Source of the DNA: a virus
Taxonomy: Duplodnaviria; Caudoviricetes
IMG/VR virus record: IMGVR_UViG_3300009161_000223
Span: 1 to 24,368 of that record
DNA: 24,368 bases
Strand: one strand, 5' to 3'
Shown here: positions 24,101-24,368 of the stretch, one piece after another
How the letters are laid out: each line of letters opens with the position of its first letter
Position numbering within the stretch: position 1 is the stretch's first letter
Position numbers and translations under genes: made by a program
Notes under the pieces: model-generated
Database searches by the model: none
What the model saw: only the letters and a program-made list of their open reading frames with translations
What the model was told of the DNA's origin: nothing

Positions 24101-24368
24101 AGTTCCTTCACTTACATCATCGGTATTAAATCCTGTCTTATCTGCGTCATTTAATACAACTTGTGAAGAACCACTTACAATACCTGCAGGTTTACCATTT
24201 AAGTTTGCCCATGTAGATGCTGCAACTGATGCACTTATTGAAGTTGCAACTGATGCACTAAAGTTACTAATGTTACCCGTTAAATCTGGAATATCATTTC
24301 TGTCAGAACCAAGTAAGTATAAAGTTGAACTACCACTTGCGTAGTAAGGAACACCTTTAACTAAACCA
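21107..24368 (-). CDS. Long Ser/Thr/Asn-rich coiled-coil fibre protein, 5' end beyond the right edge
   Basis: Manual translation of 23078-24367 shows no stop, so the track start at 23077 is an internal TTG and the ORF is at least 1,086 aa. It has 14-aa repeats (RLTNLESTSASVNN / SVTALNTSSASQQI), VSGSSQ motifs, and ends IDGGTY. Confidence 0.88.
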   Translation of the reverse strand, partial: GLVKGVPYYASGSSTLYLLGSDRNDIPDLTGNISNFSASVATSISASVAASTWANLNGKPAGIVSGSSQVVLNDADKTGFNTDDVSEGTRLYYTDARVKTKLDTETVVSGSSQVVGILTSLNTFSASVNNSVTALNTSSASQQISIDALNSYTSSNTSTTALNAFTASANGRLSNLEATSASVNNSVTSLNTSTASQQISIDALNVVSGSNLTRLSNLEATSASVNTSVAALNVSSASLNSFTSSLLQALTASGVNLTANGNLSVAGNLTVAGTTTAVNSTTIQLGDNIIELNGTGVANGGLLVKDPTAPNTVSGSLLWDSTNDYWKAGALNSESKLLRAEGDSVVSGSSQITITSTTGFGDYSGSVSASLASIVANVGSGVGVSITNLNSFSSSTLGRLTNIESTSASVNNSVTSLNSSTASQQISIDALNVTSASLNTFSGSTLGRLTNLESTSASVNNSVTALNSSTASQQISIDALNVVSASNLGRLTNLEATSASVNNSVTALNTSSASQQISIDALNSYTSSNTSTTALNAFTASANGRLSNLETTSASVNNSVTALNTSTASQQISIDALNVTSASLNTFSGSTLGRLTNIEATSASVNNSVLALNSSSASQQISIDALNSYTSSNTSTTALNAFTASADGRLTNLESTTASLNNSVSSLNTVSASNLGRLTNLESTSASVNISISNINTTTASLNNSVAALNTVSASNLGRLTNLEATSASVNNSVSSLNTVSASNLTRLTNLESTSASVNNSVSALNTSSASQQISIDALNVVSGSNLTRLTNLESTSASVNISVTNLNSFTSSQESKNTTLGNYTSSLVAAFTASGVNVTFNGDTTIKGNLFVQGTQTVVDSTTINLADNILVLNAAGTSDGGLVVRDATGGSTTSGSLLWDVTNDYWKAGALGAESKLLRQNGDSVVSGSSQVISLLPTGTVSGSSQITYTSISSIPAGIVSGSSQVDITSTTNYTTFSSSIATSISASVAAGAPTFANIVGKPAGLVSGSSQIVLNDADFTGFNTTDVAEGTNLYYTDARVKTKLNTETVVSGSIQVNITATTGFSTFSSSIATSFTTIDGGTY
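21950..23210 (-). repeat. Coding repeat array with 42-bp (14-aa) period
   Basis: Recurring near-identical blocks such as aagtttgaagcacttaccgtatttaaag and actgaattatttacacttgc; a second shorter array lies at about 23640-24010. Confidence 0.9.

Overview
AT-rich window from a large contractile-tailed (myovirus-type) phage, with every credible gene on the minus strand. In transcription order (right to left): a >1,086-aa Ser/Thr/Asn-rich coiled-coil fibre (open to the right edge), a 182-aa adaptor-like protein, three paralogous Ser/Gly-rich tail fibres with peptidase S74 chaperone domains (one split by an in-frame TAA), a GT-B/GT4-like glycosyltransferase, a Hint-domain plus LamG-like protein, tail sheath, tail tube, a gp26/gp51-like tail chaperone with a probable U7 frameshift, an 86-aa protein, tape measure, a tube-initiator-like protein, a LysM-like protein and a baseplate-hub-like protein (open to the left edge). 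A 9-mer (ATATTTATA on the coding strand) precedes eight genes, and A-rich leaders without Shine-Dalgarno sequences suggest a Bacteroidota-type host. The most interesting candidate system is the glycosyltransferase and self-cleaving Hint-lectin inside an array of modular Ser-rich fibres. Product calls come from motif recognition and gene order only; no database searches were run.
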